DNA of 57,334 nucleotides, taken from the NCBI GenBank assembly GCA_020627905.1, contig JAHDFZ010000001.1, positions 1 through 57,334 of the forward strand. Reading direction: 5' to 3'. Positions 19,533 through 29,277 of this stretch are shown piece by piece. The position numbers were made by a program, and so were the translations under genes. The notes below the pieces were generated by a model. The model worked only from the letters and a program-made list of their open reading frames with translations, ran no database searches and was not told where the DNA came from. How positions within the stretch are numbered: position 1 is the first letter of the stretch; every line of letters starts with the position of its first letter. Origin of the DNA: Verrucomicrobiota bacterium (lineage in GTDB: Bacteria; Verrucomicrobiota; Verrucomicrobiia; Verrucomicrobiales; DEV007).

Positions 19533-20156
19533 ATGGAACCCAATCTTTTATTCACCCTGGCTCCGATCCTCTTAGGTTACCTGATCGGGGCTACCCCCTT
19601 CGGCTTCATTGCCGGCAAACTCAAAGGCATCGACATTCGCGAACATGGCAGCGGCAATATCGGCGCTACCAATGTTCTCCGTGTCCTCGGAAAACCAATT
19701 GGGCTGACGGTTTTTGTCCTCGATGTTCTCAAAGGACTCGTTCCTGTGTGGATCGCCACCGGTTGGAGCGATGCGACCTGGGTCCATATCGCGACAGCGG
19801 TAGCGACCATCCTCGGGCACAACTACACCTTCTGGCTGAAGTTCCGCGGCGGCAAAGGCATCGCCACGACGGCGGGCGCTATGCTACCACTAATCCCTCT
19901 TCCACTTGGTGTCGCCCTTCTGCTCTGGATCATCACGCTGAAGGTGACCCGCTACGTCTCCATCGCCTCCATCGCTGCTGCAGTCTCCATCCCCGTCACG
20001 GCGACCGTGCAGGCGCTGATCACAGGACAATGGGACCCCGTTCTCCTGGGCTTTGCAGCCTTCATCGGCCTCCTAGCCATCTGGCGTCACCGCTCAAATA
20101 TCCAGCGCTTGCGAAAAGGGGAAGAACACCGCTTTGGTGAGAAAAAACAAGCCTAA
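19533..20156 (+). CDS. plsY: Glycerol-3-phosphate 1-O-acyltransferase
   Basis: DIREHGSGNIGATNVLR, GH.....FRGGKGIAT, RHRSNIQRL. Confidence 0.96.
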   Translation: MEPNLLFTLAPILLGYLIGATPFGFIAGKLKGIDIREHGSGNIGATNVLRVLGKPIGLTVFVLDVLKGLVPVWIATGWSDATWVHIATAVATILGHNYTFWLKFRGGKGIATTAGAMLPLIPLPLGVALLLWIITLKVTRYVSIASIAAAVSIPVTATVQALITGQWDPVLLGFAAFIGLLAIWRHRSNIQRLRKGEEHRFGEKKQA

Positions 20157-20173
20157 CATCCTAACACTCTGTC

Positions 20174-21358
20174 ATGGAGAAGATCCCCATTATTGCTCTG
20201 TGCGGCTTCCTCGGATCGGGGAAGACCACGCTCCTGCGCAGCTGGCGACTCGAACAATCACTAGCTGAAGCCCCACTCATCGTCCATGACCTGAGTGACT
20301 TCGGACTCGATGCCGAAATCCTCGCGGGAGACGAAACAACGACACAAATCGGGGAAATCGTCGACGGAATTGCTGCCCTCCACGGTCATCATGCACGGGA
20401 AGGGCTGCAGGAAGCTATCGGCACGACGCTGCAGGAATTAGCCACAACGACTCCCGCACCCCGATTTGTGTTTTGCGAGAGCACCGGAGCTGCCCGCCCA
20501 TGGCCACTGATTCAGGCATTGACTCAGAACAGCAGCTTTCATCTGCGCCACTTCATTGTTACCGTCGATGCCCTGAATCTTCACCGTGACCTAGCTGATG
20601 GACTCGTCCTGACAGGCGAACAACCACCCCTGTCCGACCCGGGCCTCCATCACGCTGCCCAGGTGCTTGCAGAGCAGATCGCTTTCGCAAGCATCATCAT
20701 CCTGACGAAAGTCGATCTCGTCCCTCAATCGGCCATCAAAACGCAGACGGCAGCTCTGCAGCGTATTCAGCCCCGCGCCGCAATCGGACTCTCCTCACAG
20801 GCTGGGATTTCCCTCAACCAGCTGGACAGCACGCCAGCGCCTAACATTCCCTCCTTGCAACAGTTTGCTGAAGATATCGGCATCGCTTCGACAGGCGCGA
20901 CTCATGGCGAGATCGACTCGATCCTTATCCAGGACAAGCGCCCCTTTCACCCTCAACGGCTTCACGAAGCCTGCCAGAATCACCTCAGCAGCGGCATCTA
21001 TCGCATGAAAGGCTATCTATGGCTTGCCTCACGGCCAGGCCACGTTCTGCTCTGGCAGCAAGCAGGCAGTCAAATCACTCTCGAACTGGCAGGCCTCTGG
21101 AAAGCTGAGCTGATCAACAATCCTGACAATAGGCTTCTTCCAGAAGAGAAGGAACAGTTAGAAGCGTTTCTCCAAACAAAGGATGAAACCTTCGGCGATC
21201 GCCATGTCGAACTTACCCTCATCGGTCTGCCAAAAGCCTGCGAGGCCTTCGCCGATATTCTGCGCGATGCCCTATGCACCGATGAAGAAGTCGAAGCATG
21301 GCTCGATGGCGGAACCTTTGACGATCCCTGGCCGACAACTTTGCGGTCGGTGGGATGA
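20174..21358 (+). CDS. COG0523/CobW-family (G3E) GTPase, atypical
   Basis: GFLGSGKTT, ESTG, VTVDA, EQIAFA, RPFHPQRL, YRMKGYLWLASRP, FGDRHVELTLIG; canonical GCxCC motif absent. Confidence 0.88.
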   Translation: MEKIPIIALCGFLGSGKTTLLRSWRLEQSLAEAPLIVHDLSDFGLDAEILAGDETTTQIGEIVDGIAALHGHHAREGLQEAIGTTLQELATTTPAPRFVFCESTGAARPWPLIQALTQNSSFHLRHFIVTVDALNLHRDLADGLVLTGEQPPLSDPGLHHAAQVLAEQIAFASIIILTKVDLVPQSAIKTQTAALQRIQPRAAIGLSSQAGISLNQLDSTPAPNIPSLQQFAEDIGIASTGATHGEIDSILIQDKRPFHPQRLHEACQNHLSSGIYRMKGYLWLASRPGHVLLWQQAGSQITLELAGLWKAELINNPDNRLLPEEKEQLEAFLQTKDETFGDRHVELTLIGLPKACEAFADILRDALCTDEEVEAWLDGGTFDDPWPTTLRSVG

Positions 21359-21529
21359 GCAGCCGAGTCGTTAGAGAAACGCTAGGAAATGATTCACAGC
21401 TGGTGGAAGAAGAATAAAATCTCTAAATCTATTGCGCACTTTTGTGAAGGTCTTCACGCATGACTAAAAACGCACCCCTCGTCTCAGCACCCGCCTGAAG
21501 CTCCGAATACCCACTACCCCCAAATCTTC

Positions 21530-22537
21530 ATGAAAGCCTTCACCTTCGATCAGAACCTGCCGCTGTCCGACCCATCCTGCGTGCGTGAGATTAACCTACC
21601 GGACCCTGTCCCGGGAGAAAACGATCTGCTTGTCCGTCTCGAAGCGGTTTCCATCAATCCGGTTGACGGAAAGTTGCGCGGGCTGCCTTCAGAGACACCG
21701 AGGATTCTTGGCTTCGACGGAGTAGGGATCATCACCGACGTGGGCGCATCTGTGGAGGGGTTTTCCACTGGGGACAGAGTCTTCTACGCTGGCGATATCA
21801 CTCGGTCAGGATCCCATGCGGAACTGCAATGTGTCGACCATCGCATCGCCGCCGTCGCACCGGCATCAATCACGCCGATCGAAGCGGCTGCACTCCCCCT
21901 CACAGCACTCACTGCTTACGAAGGACTATTTGACCGGTTGCAGATCGATCGGGATGGTTCCCATGAGGGCAAGACCATCCTCCTGATCGGTGGGGCGGGA
22001 GGTGTCGGATCCATGGCCATCCAGCTGGCGAAACTGGCAGGCCTCCAGGTGATCGCTACCGCATCCCGCTCGGAGAGCGAGGACTGGTGTCGTGAGCTTG
22101 GCACTGATGCCGTCATCAACCACAATGAGTCTTTTCATGAACAGCTGCAGGAGCTGGGATTTTCGCAAGTGGACTACATTGCCAATTTCGCAGACACGGA
22201 TCGGTATTGGGCGCAGATGGGTGAATGCATCGCACCACAGGGGAAACTGCTTTTGATCGTTGAGCCATCCGGCGCACTCCCTCTTGGCGATCCATTGAAA
22301 CGAAAGAGCGTTAGCATCTGCTGGGAGTTCATGTTCACCCGCAGCGCCTTCGCTACCAGCGACCAGGCGCGTCAGGGGGACATTCTACGAGACATCACCA
22401 AACTCATAGACTCAGAAAAACTACGAACAACCTTAACCACAAATCTGGACGCAATGACCTGCGAATCCCTACGCACCGCACATCAAATGATCGAAACGGG
22501 CGCCACGCTAGGGAAGATCGGACTTACCGCATCTTGA
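21530..22537 (+). CDS. Zinc-binding alcohol dehydrogenase family protein / NADPH:quinone oxidoreductase (MDR superfamily)
   Basis: AVSINPVDGK, FYAGDITRSG, AAALPLTALTAYE, GGAGGVGS, WEFMFTR. Confidence 0.9.
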   Translation: MKAFTFDQNLPLSDPSCVREINLPDPVPGENDLLVRLEAVSINPVDGKLRGLPSETPRILGFDGVGIITDVGASVEGFSTGDRVFYAGDITRSGSHAELQCVDHRIAAVAPASITPIEAAALPLTALTAYEGLFDRLQIDRDGSHEGKTILLIGGAGGVGSMAIQLAKLAGLQVIATASRSESEDWCRELGTDAVINHNESFHEQLQELGFSQVDYIANFADTDRYWAQMGECIAPQGKLLLIVEPSGALPLGDPLKRKSVSICWEFMFTRSAFATSDQARQGDILRDITKLIDSEKLRTTLTTNLDAMTCESLRTAHQMIETGATLGKIGLTAS

Positions 22538-22552
22538 GGATGGAAAAGAGCA

Positions 22553-24805
22553 CTACTGGACAAACAGGAATTCCCGCGAGTTGAGCAGGACCCGCACCAG
22601 GGAAGCTCGGTCAAAATCGACCTCCTCCTGATCGTGCCCCGCTAGCAGAATCTCGCGCTCCGCCTGCCGCGGTGGTCGTCCTAGGAAAGCTAGGAAAGAA
22701 ACTTCCAACTGCTCCTCAAAGGTCTTCCCGTGGAGCTGCCGCGACAATGCTGAAAGAGGGTGGGTCAAGCCGCCCGCCACTTCACTGTTCAGCAGCGCCA
22801 ACACCTGAGTGATGCTTGGCTCATCGCTTTCATTGGAGATCAGCTCACGATCACTCTGCCCAAACTCCCGGAGGAAGTGCCCGGGCCTGGCAGGTGTATC
22901 CATGTCAGAAGCACGGCGTAGGTCGCGTGTCATGCGATGAAAACGGCTGACCTCACGCTCCGCGTGGCCTTTTCTCTGGTCTCCAACGATCTCTTCTGCC
23001 AGAGCCTGCAGAGAGGCAATGGCTTCTGACGAGCGCTGCTGCAGGGCTTCGTCATCATCAGGAAACAAGGTCGCCTGTAAGTGCTTCAGAGCGCTCCCTC
23101 TCTGCTGCCCCATCATCGGTTCGCCGCCTTCGTTATGGAGAGATGCTAGGGTCGTCAGCGCGACATTGCCCAACCCGGAACGGGATGCCCATTGATCAGA
23201 ATCGATCTCCGTAAGCTGGTCAAAAAAGGTAGCCTGCCTGACGAGCGCCTCATAGTCCCGCTGAATGTCGCGCACTTGGCGGCTCAGTTTCCGATAGCGA
23301 TCTTTATCCTTATTCGCTCGCGCCTCAGCGGCCTGTGCCTTCAAACGAACGACATTTTTTTCTTCGGCAGCCCGCTTCGCAGCCAACTCTCTGACCAAGG
23401 CGACCACCTCAGCCTGGTCCAGATTCTCCATAGCCAGCTCTCGAAGCTGCATATCAGCGAGCCTCGTGCGAATCGCCAGATCGCGCTCGTGCGAAAAATC
23501 GGTCTCCGGGATCACAAGCGTAAGCAGACTGTCCCAGATCTCTTCAGCGGAGAGCCTCTCCAGAAGAGGGCCTTCAAATTGATGAGCCACCTTCTCAAGC
23601 GAATCTACAGCCACCGCTTCGCGCCGAAAAAGCTCCATGTGGAAAAGCGCCCTCAAGGTCTTGCGCTGCTGGAAATTGTTCCCTTGAAAAAGTTCCATCA
23701 ATTTTGCCAGGACTGCGGGATGCTGTGCCTGCTGAATGGGCTTAAACGCGCCTACCGGCTCGACCAACCCTGCTCCGAAAGCATAGTCCCAGAGGCGGTT
23801 AGCGGCCACTTGCGTGAACCGCGGGTTATCGGGGGAAGTGAGCCATGCACCAAACTGCTCGGGCGAACCTTGGTGCCCTTCCGACCCGATGTCAGGAGAA
23901 GTCATCGGAAAAGCATCCACAGGTGCCTTTGGCTGAGCATCATCATACTGATAGTCATGAGGCAAGCGTAGAATGCGACCGGTGCTACGCAGCGAATTTG
24001 CCTGCAAAGGCTGTGTCGCATCATTTAACACTCTTCGCAGATCGCGCCTATTAAGATCAACTCCGGGTATCGCAACCTCCTTTCGGCCTTTGGAGCGCTT
24101 CTTAGTCGGCAGGAGCTCCTCAAAAATCTCCCGACCCCGATTGCCTGCGGTTTGGCCATAGGTAAAAGCCGCCATCTGGTAGAAATCCATCTGTGTCCAC
24201 TCCTCAAACGGATGGTCGTGACACTGGGCGCACACCAGTGAAGTCCCCAGAAAGAGTTCCGTGGTGAGAGCCATGTTATCGAGTGGCATTCCGGAATCCC
24301 TCAAATAATATCCGATAGCAGGATCTGACCAGGAATCTCCGCTCGCTGTGACTAACTCTCTGACGAAGTCGTCGTAGGGCGTATCATGGCGAATCCGCTG
24401 CTTCAGCCACTGCTCGTAGGCAAGGCCTGCTGGCTCGCTGCGACCATTGTTGCTCAAACGGGTCAGCAGTCGCAGAAGGTTCGCCCAATGCGTATAAAAC
24501 GGACGAACGAATTCGTCGCTATCGAGCAAATCGTCGATCAACTGATGACGTTTATCGCTCTCTGCCGACTCCGCAAAGGCAGTGGCCTCAGCAACTGTCG
24601 GAATCCGCCCTGCCAGCCGCAGATAGGAGCGCCTGACAAATGTCCAATCGTCAGCGATCGGTCCGAGCTGAAGCCCATCCTCCTGAAGAGACTTCTTCAG
24701 AATCGAATCCAATTCAGCAGCCTGCTTTCGTGCTTCAGGTTCCGCTGCCACAGAGGTCGTGAACAACCACAAGACAAGTAAGCAGGAGATCTGGAGCGCT
24801 TTCAT
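22553..24805 (-). CDS. DUF1549/DUF1553 domain protein with one CxxCH motif
   Basis: Signal peptide; FVRRSYLRLAGRIPT, CAQCHDHPF, NPRFTQVAANRLW, LLNSREFLFVQ. Confidence 0.88.
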   Translation of the reverse strand: MKALQISCLLVLWLFTTSVAAEPEARKQAAELDSILKKSLQEDGLQLGPIADDWTFVRRSYLRLAGRIPTVAEATAFAESAESDKRHQLIDDLLDSDEFVRPFYTHWANLLRLLTRLSNNGRSEPAGLAYEQWLKQRIRHDTPYDDFVRELVTASGDSWSDPAIGYYLRDSGMPLDNMALTTELFLGTSLVCAQCHDHPFEEWTQMDFYQMAAFTYGQTAGNRGREIFEELLPTKKRSKGRKEVAIPGVDLNRRDLRRVLNDATQPLQANSLRSTGRILRLPHDYQYDDAQPKAPVDAFPMTSPDIGSEGHQGSPEQFGAWLTSPDNPRFTQVAANRLWDYAFGAGLVEPVGAFKPIQQAQHPAVLAKLMELFQGNNFQQRKTLRALFHMELFRREAVAVDSLEKVAHQFEGPLLERLSAEEIWDSLLTLVIPETDFSHERDLAIRTRLADMQLRELAMENLDQAEVVALVRELAAKRAAEEKNVVRLKAQAAEARANKDKDRYRKLSRQVRDIQRDYEALVRQATFFDQLTEIDSDQWASRSGLGNVALTTLASLHNEGGEPMMGQQRGSALKHLQATLFPDDDEALQQRSSEAIASLQALAEEIVGDQRKGHAEREVSRFHRMTRDLRRASDMDTPARPGHFLREFGQSDRELISNESDEPSITQVLALLNSEVAGGLTHPLSALSRQLHGKTFEEQLEVSFLAFLGRPPRQAEREILLAGHDQEEVDFDRASLVRVLLNSREFLFVQ

Positions 24806-24810
24806 CTTAG

Positions 24811-25033
24811 GAGACGGTTGAAAAACTATGCAATCGATGATGAGAGAAGATAGGAGTTATGATTTGGACGTTGCTGAAGGGCCACTGATTGCCCCCACCC
24901 TTCGGGCCGCAACCCTGATTCCGTCTGGCTGCGTTCCTCGTCGCTTAGGTAGCTAGGGCTACCATCGCTCCTCGCGCCTTGCCAGCCGAAAACATGGATG
25001 CGGTCATCGCTCACCTAGTTTTTCAATGGTCTC
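24811..25033. mobile_element. MITE (non-autonomous IS-derived element), 223 bp
   Basis: Terminal inverted repeats GAGACGGTTGAAAAACTA / TAGTTTTTCAATGGTCTC (16 of 18 matching); TTAG direct repeats at 24807-24810 and 25034-25037; internal hairpins. Confidence 0.82.
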
Positions 25034-26308
25034 TTAGGCGAAGAGGTGAGCCAGCGGCTGCCCCTTGTCAGCAACGGTGAATGGGCGAAGAGTCGAAGAG
25101 TAAACAATCTGATCAAGTGGGATCCCAAGTGCGTAACCGATCGTCGCATTCAGATCCGGACAGGTGACAGCTCCCTCGAGCACCTTTGAGCCTGTCTCAT
25201 CGGTGACTCCATGAGTTTGGCCACCTTTGACACCCCCACCAGCCAGCACACAGCTAAAGGCTTGAGGATGGTGATCGCGCCCGTCATTCACGTTGATATT
25301 CGGAGTGCGCCCGAACTCTGTCGCTAAAACAACGAGAGTGTCTTTCAGCATATCGCGGGCCTCGAGATCCGCCAGTAAGGCGCTGTATGCCTGATCCAGC
25401 ATCACCGTCTGCTCGGGCACTCGAATGAAGTTACTCGAGTGAGTGTCCCATCCACCGAGATCAACTTCGATAAAACTGACGCCACTCTCAGCTAGTCGCC
25501 GAGCCAGCAGACATCCCTGGCCGAAGTTACTATCGCCATATGACTTTCTGGTTTGCTCATCTTCCTGCTTGAGATCGAACGCTGCCAGATCTTCTGAATT
25601 CATGAGCTTCACCGCATCCTCATACATGTCGTTATATGCGCGCACATTCTTCTGGTCGTATCGCTCGAGGAAAGGAGCATCAAGCGCGGCGGCCAGTTTC
25701 CGCTGCATGGCGAATTCCTTCTCAGGAATCCGCAGCTTACTGTTCTTCAAACCATCCTGCGGTTTGCGAATGGGCAACGGAGTGAGCCGGCTCTCGAAAA
25801 ATCCCGAACCAGGGTGGCGTGAACTCCCTCCAATCAGCACGCTGGCCGGCAGTGTCGGATGGGGCTCACCAAGGAGCTTCGCTCTCCACGGGCCGAGGGA
25901 GGGGTGACGAATCGAGCTCCGCATGGCATAGCTCGTATGCATGAAGTAGTTCCCCTGCTGATGAGCGCCCTGCGTAGAATTCATCGAACGAATGACAGCA
26001 AGCTTATCAGCGTGATTCTGTAAGAGCGGCAGATGGTTTGTCAGCGACACCTCATCCACCTCCGTGCGCGCTAGCTTTGTTTCCCCCATGACATCTCTGT
26101 CAGTTTTCGGGTCGAAGGTATCGAGATGGCTCATCCCTCCGCTCATGTAGAGATAGATGACACGCTTGGCTGTGGGATTAGCCAGTTTGAGGCTGGAGGC
26201 ACCCTCTCCCGCTGCTCGCGCGACCGGGAAAAAATTCACCGCTGAAACACCGAGAAAAGAGCTAGCCGCCTGCGCCATGAAACGGCGACGATTTGGAGTA
26301 GTTGTCAT
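25034..26308 (-). CDS. DUF1501 domain protein, Tat-exported
   Basis: NRRRFM Tat motif; AKRVIYLYMSGGMSHLDTFDPK, GGWDTH, TEFGRTP, GRDHHP. Confidence 0.9.
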   Translation of the reverse strand: MTTTPNRRRFMAQAASSFLGVSAVNFFPVARAAGEGASSLKLANPTAKRVIYLYMSGGMSHLDTFDPKTDRDVMGETKLARTEVDEVSLTNHLPLLQNHADKLAVIRSMNSTQGAHQQGNYFMHTSYAMRSSIRHPSLGPWRAKLLGEPHPTLPASVLIGGSSRHPGSGFFESRLTPLPIRKPQDGLKNSKLRIPEKEFAMQRKLAAALDAPFLERYDQKNVRAYNDMYEDAVKLMNSEDLAAFDLKQEDEQTRKSYGDSNFGQGCLLARRLAESGVSFIEVDLGGWDTHSSNFIRVPEQTVMLDQAYSALLADLEARDMLKDTLVVLATEFGRTPNINVNDGRDHHPQAFSCVLAGGGVKGGQTHGVTDETGSKVLEGAVTCPDLNATIGYALGIPLDQIVYSSTLRPFTVADKGQPLAHLFA

Positions 26309-26345
26309 GATTTTATTCTTTGGTTTGGTATTTGCGGGGATGCTT

Positions 26346-28598
26346 CTATTGGATAAAAAGAAATTCGCGGGTGTTGAGAAGGGTTCTCGCTACGAAGGCT
26401 GCGGTTAGTGGCTCTCCTTGTTCCTCGGCAATCTGCTCGAACAGCTTCCTCTCGTGAGGGCGCACAGGTCGAGCGAGGAAAGAGAGATAGAGCCGGTTGA
26501 GCAATCCCTGCTGTGACGCCTCGGCTGTCTCCAGAGAAAATCGACTGTAGGGGTTCTCCAGCACGTCCAGCTTTCTGTCATTCATCAGCGCAAGCACCTG
26601 AGTCACGGCAGGCTCCTGCGATGCGTTATTCACCAGATCCTTATCGCTCTGACCAAACTCGAGCATCAAGTGGCCGACCGGCGAAGGGATGGGCAACTGA
26701 TAAGCTCTTGTGAAATCCCTCATCGAGGAGGCGATTTTTCGAAAGTCTTTCAAGTCTTTCTTTTTCACTTCCCACTTTGCAATCTGACCCTTTCTATAAG
26801 CCGCCATTTGCGCCTCGATCGATCGACGCTCATTCAGATGGGCAAGAAATCCCATACGAGGGAGCGCCGCTCCATATCCCCGTTTTCCTTCATCCGTAAC
26901 AAAGTCGCGAAGACGCTGTTCGACTGTCCCCTCCTTCGGCCCATGATCCTCCAGATTTTTAGCGACCGCTTTTATCACAGGAGCATGCTGCTTTCTCGGG
27001 CTTTTCTTCACCCGCTCAATGAGGCGCGCCCACTCGGGAATGAAGGTCTTTTCGACCATCATTGAACGAGAGTTGCGTGACCAGAACCTGACCTCTTCCT
27101 GGAGCTTTGCTACTTGCGGCTTATCGCCCTTTTTCTGAGCAGCCACCAGATCAGCCTGCAATCCCTCGATCTTCTCAATCCGCTCCTCTGCACTTGTGAT
27201 GGTTGTCTGCAGGAGCCTGTATAGCCGCTTGTCAGGCTGACTGAGAATAGCGTCGACCAGCTCGACTCGAGCCTTCTCTTCTTTGGCGATCAGCTTATTG
27301 TATTCCGCACCGAAGGGGTTCTTTGTATAAAGCAAGGCACCCAGAGAGTCCCACATCTGCTCTGCAGTCATGCGACGCAGAAGAGGACCTGGAAAGTAAT
27401 ACGGCTCGCCTATCGCTACGTCATTCGGACTGGCTTTCGCCTGATAAGTCTGGCTCTGATAGATCGCTTGGAGCAGAGCCTTCTGATCAAAGTCGAGCTC
27501 TTTAAACTGCTCTTCGAGGTAGTCTAACAGCGGTTTATTGTAGATGAATGTCGTATCGCGGAGGTCGTCCTCCGGCTCAAACAGACCGATTCCCATCGCA
27601 TGCTTCCAGAGTCGATTCACCATCACTCGAGCAAATTTGGGGTTCTCTTTTGAGACCATCCAGTCGGCAAATACGCGGGGACGATCCTCTTTATCAGACG
27701 CCTCTGCAACGGCACCCATGATGGTCGCCGCATGGACTTTTGATTTCGGCTTTGCGTCATCATACTGGTAGTCGTGAGGAAGTCGCAGCGGGGCGGTGTT
27801 GTGAACAACTCTGTTGAATCGCTGATAGAATCCCATATCTGAAAGCGCGCTTCGGATCGCTTTGCGGTCGTAGTCCTGCGATCCGGGAAAGGCATCCGGG
27901 TTCCGTTTCATAGCCTGCGAGAGCTGTGTCAGGTTTTCGTTCGCGTTGACAGTCTTCACGCCAAAGGTGAATGCTGCCTGATGAAAGTAGTCCTTCTGCG
28001 TCCAGTCATCGAAAGGGTGATCATGGCACTGTGCGCAGACGATGTGTGTCCCTAAAAATGTCTGCGAGATGATGGCCGACTGATCGAGCGGCATACCGAA
28101 ATCCCGAAGATAGAAACCGACCGCTGGATTTTCCCAGCTCACCCCCTCAGCGGTGAGGATGTCGTGAACAATCTCGTCATAAGGTCGGTTCTGACGGATG
28201 TTTTCGCGCATCCACTCATGAAAAGCTGTGCCGGCGGCGCGGCTTTGCCCCCCGATAGAAATGGTCGTTCGCGTTCTCAGTAGGTCTGACCAGAAATGGA
28301 AGAACCGCGCCGTGAATTCCTCAGAGGAGAGGAGTTTCTCGATTAATGCATCCGCCTTTCTCGGGTTTTCATCCTTCTGAAACAAAATGACCTCCTGACG
28401 CGTTGGCACACGTCCGGCGACATCCAGGTAAATCCTCCGCACCAGAGTGGAGTCAGTGGCTGGCTCATTGCGCTCCAGTTCTTTCTCGACAAGCTTGGCG
28501 TCTACCAACTGATCGATCCTCTCTGATATCTCAGGAATGGATGCGGCAAGTCCAAGCGGACTAGCGAAGAGAAGGGCAAGATAGGGCAGAAACTTCAT
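26346..28598 (-). CDS. DUF1549/DUF1553 domain protein with one CxxCH motif (paralog of 22553-24805)
   Basis: Signal peptide; LVRRIYLDVAGRVPT, CAQCHDHPF, NPKFARVMVNRLW, LLNTREFLFIQ. Confidence 0.88.
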   Translation of the reverse strand: MKFLPYLALLFASPLGLAASIPEISERIDQLVDAKLVEKELERNEPATDSTLVRRIYLDVAGRVPTRQEVILFQKDENPRKADALIEKLLSSEEFTARFFHFWSDLLRTRTTISIGGQSRAAGTAFHEWMRENIRQNRPYDEIVHDILTAEGVSWENPAVGFYLRDFGMPLDQSAIISQTFLGTHIVCAQCHDHPFDDWTQKDYFHQAAFTFGVKTVNANENLTQLSQAMKRNPDAFPGSQDYDRKAIRSALSDMGFYQRFNRVVHNTAPLRLPHDYQYDDAKPKSKVHAATIMGAVAEASDKEDRPRVFADWMVSKENPKFARVMVNRLWKHAMGIGLFEPEDDLRDTTFIYNKPLLDYLEEQFKELDFDQKALLQAIYQSQTYQAKASPNDVAIGEPYYFPGPLLRRMTAEQMWDSLGALLYTKNPFGAEYNKLIAKEEKARVELVDAILSQPDKRLYRLLQTTITSAEERIEKIEGLQADLVAAQKKGDKPQVAKLQEEVRFWSRNSRSMMVEKTFIPEWARLIERVKKSPRKQHAPVIKAVAKNLEDHGPKEGTVEQRLRDFVTDEGKRGYGAALPRMGFLAHLNERRSIEAQMAAYRKGQIAKWEVKKKDLKDFRKIASSMRDFTRAYQLPIPSPVGHLMLEFGQSDKDLVNNASQEPAVTQVLALMNDRKLDVLENPYSRFSLETAEASQQGLLNRLYLSFLARPVRPHERKLFEQIAEEQGEPLTAAFVARTLLNTREFLFIQ

Positions 28599-28693
28599 AA
28601 TCGTTCAAAACATTGTAACCCGAGTCAGCTCAGAAGTTGCACTGCCTCGGGTAGCGCGGTCGCGTGATAGCCCAATTAGGGATGATCCAGAAA

Positions 28694-29164
28694 TCAGAGA
28701 GGACGCTGGGAGAGCCGACGAGCTTCCTTTTCGAGCGGAGCGTCCCAATAACCGAACCTTAGGCATTCCAGGCAATATTGCCGAAGAAAACCATAAATAC
28801 CGCGCAGTCGCTCATACTGCCCCACGTGCACCAGCTCATGCACCAGCAAGCCAGTGGATGAAGCATGCACAGCCTCTATGTAAATCCCGTAGCCGGCCGT
28901 CAAACCACTGGCTGAGAAGCAATGAGCCAAACGCCACTTTTGCAGCGTGCGCAGAAGCCGGTGCAGCGGATACGGCACCTCCGGCACGATGAGCACCCGC
29001 ACGAGATCGGGCCGTTTCACCCCTGCCTGCCGCGCCAGGGTGAATTCCTCATCGAGAAGCGGACGACCGGCATCGAGGATTTCGCGCTCATAGCCTCGGA
29101 TCCAGAGAGTGCCGCATGCCGCGCCCACAAAGGCGAGAGGTCGACACAGGAAAGACGGGATCAT
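28694..29164 (-). CDS. Small HExxH zincin-like protein (DUF4157-like)
   Basis: GLTAGYGIYI...LLVHELVHVGQYE...Y..APLEKEAR. Confidence 0.65.
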   Translation of the reverse strand: MIPSFLCRPLAFVGAACGTLWIRGYEREILDAGRPLLDEEFTLARQAGVKRPDLVRVLIVPEVPYPLHRLLRTLQKWRLAHCFSASGLTAGYGIYIEAVHASSTGLLVHELVHVGQYERLRGIYGFLRQYCLECLRFGYWDAPLEKEARRLSQRPL

Positions 29165-29277
29165 CAGAAAACTGAGGGAGTATTCCTGCTGAGAAACCGC
29201 TTTGCAAGAGCGGTCCCATTGCCTTTTGAGAGCTTCTGTGCTTTCCCGACCATCGGAAACATGCTCCCAGTAACTCC

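Noticed and set aside
24826-25014. 62-aa ORF between the DUF1501 and DUF1549 genes
   Set aside because: Lies wholly inside the MITE and has no recognisable motif
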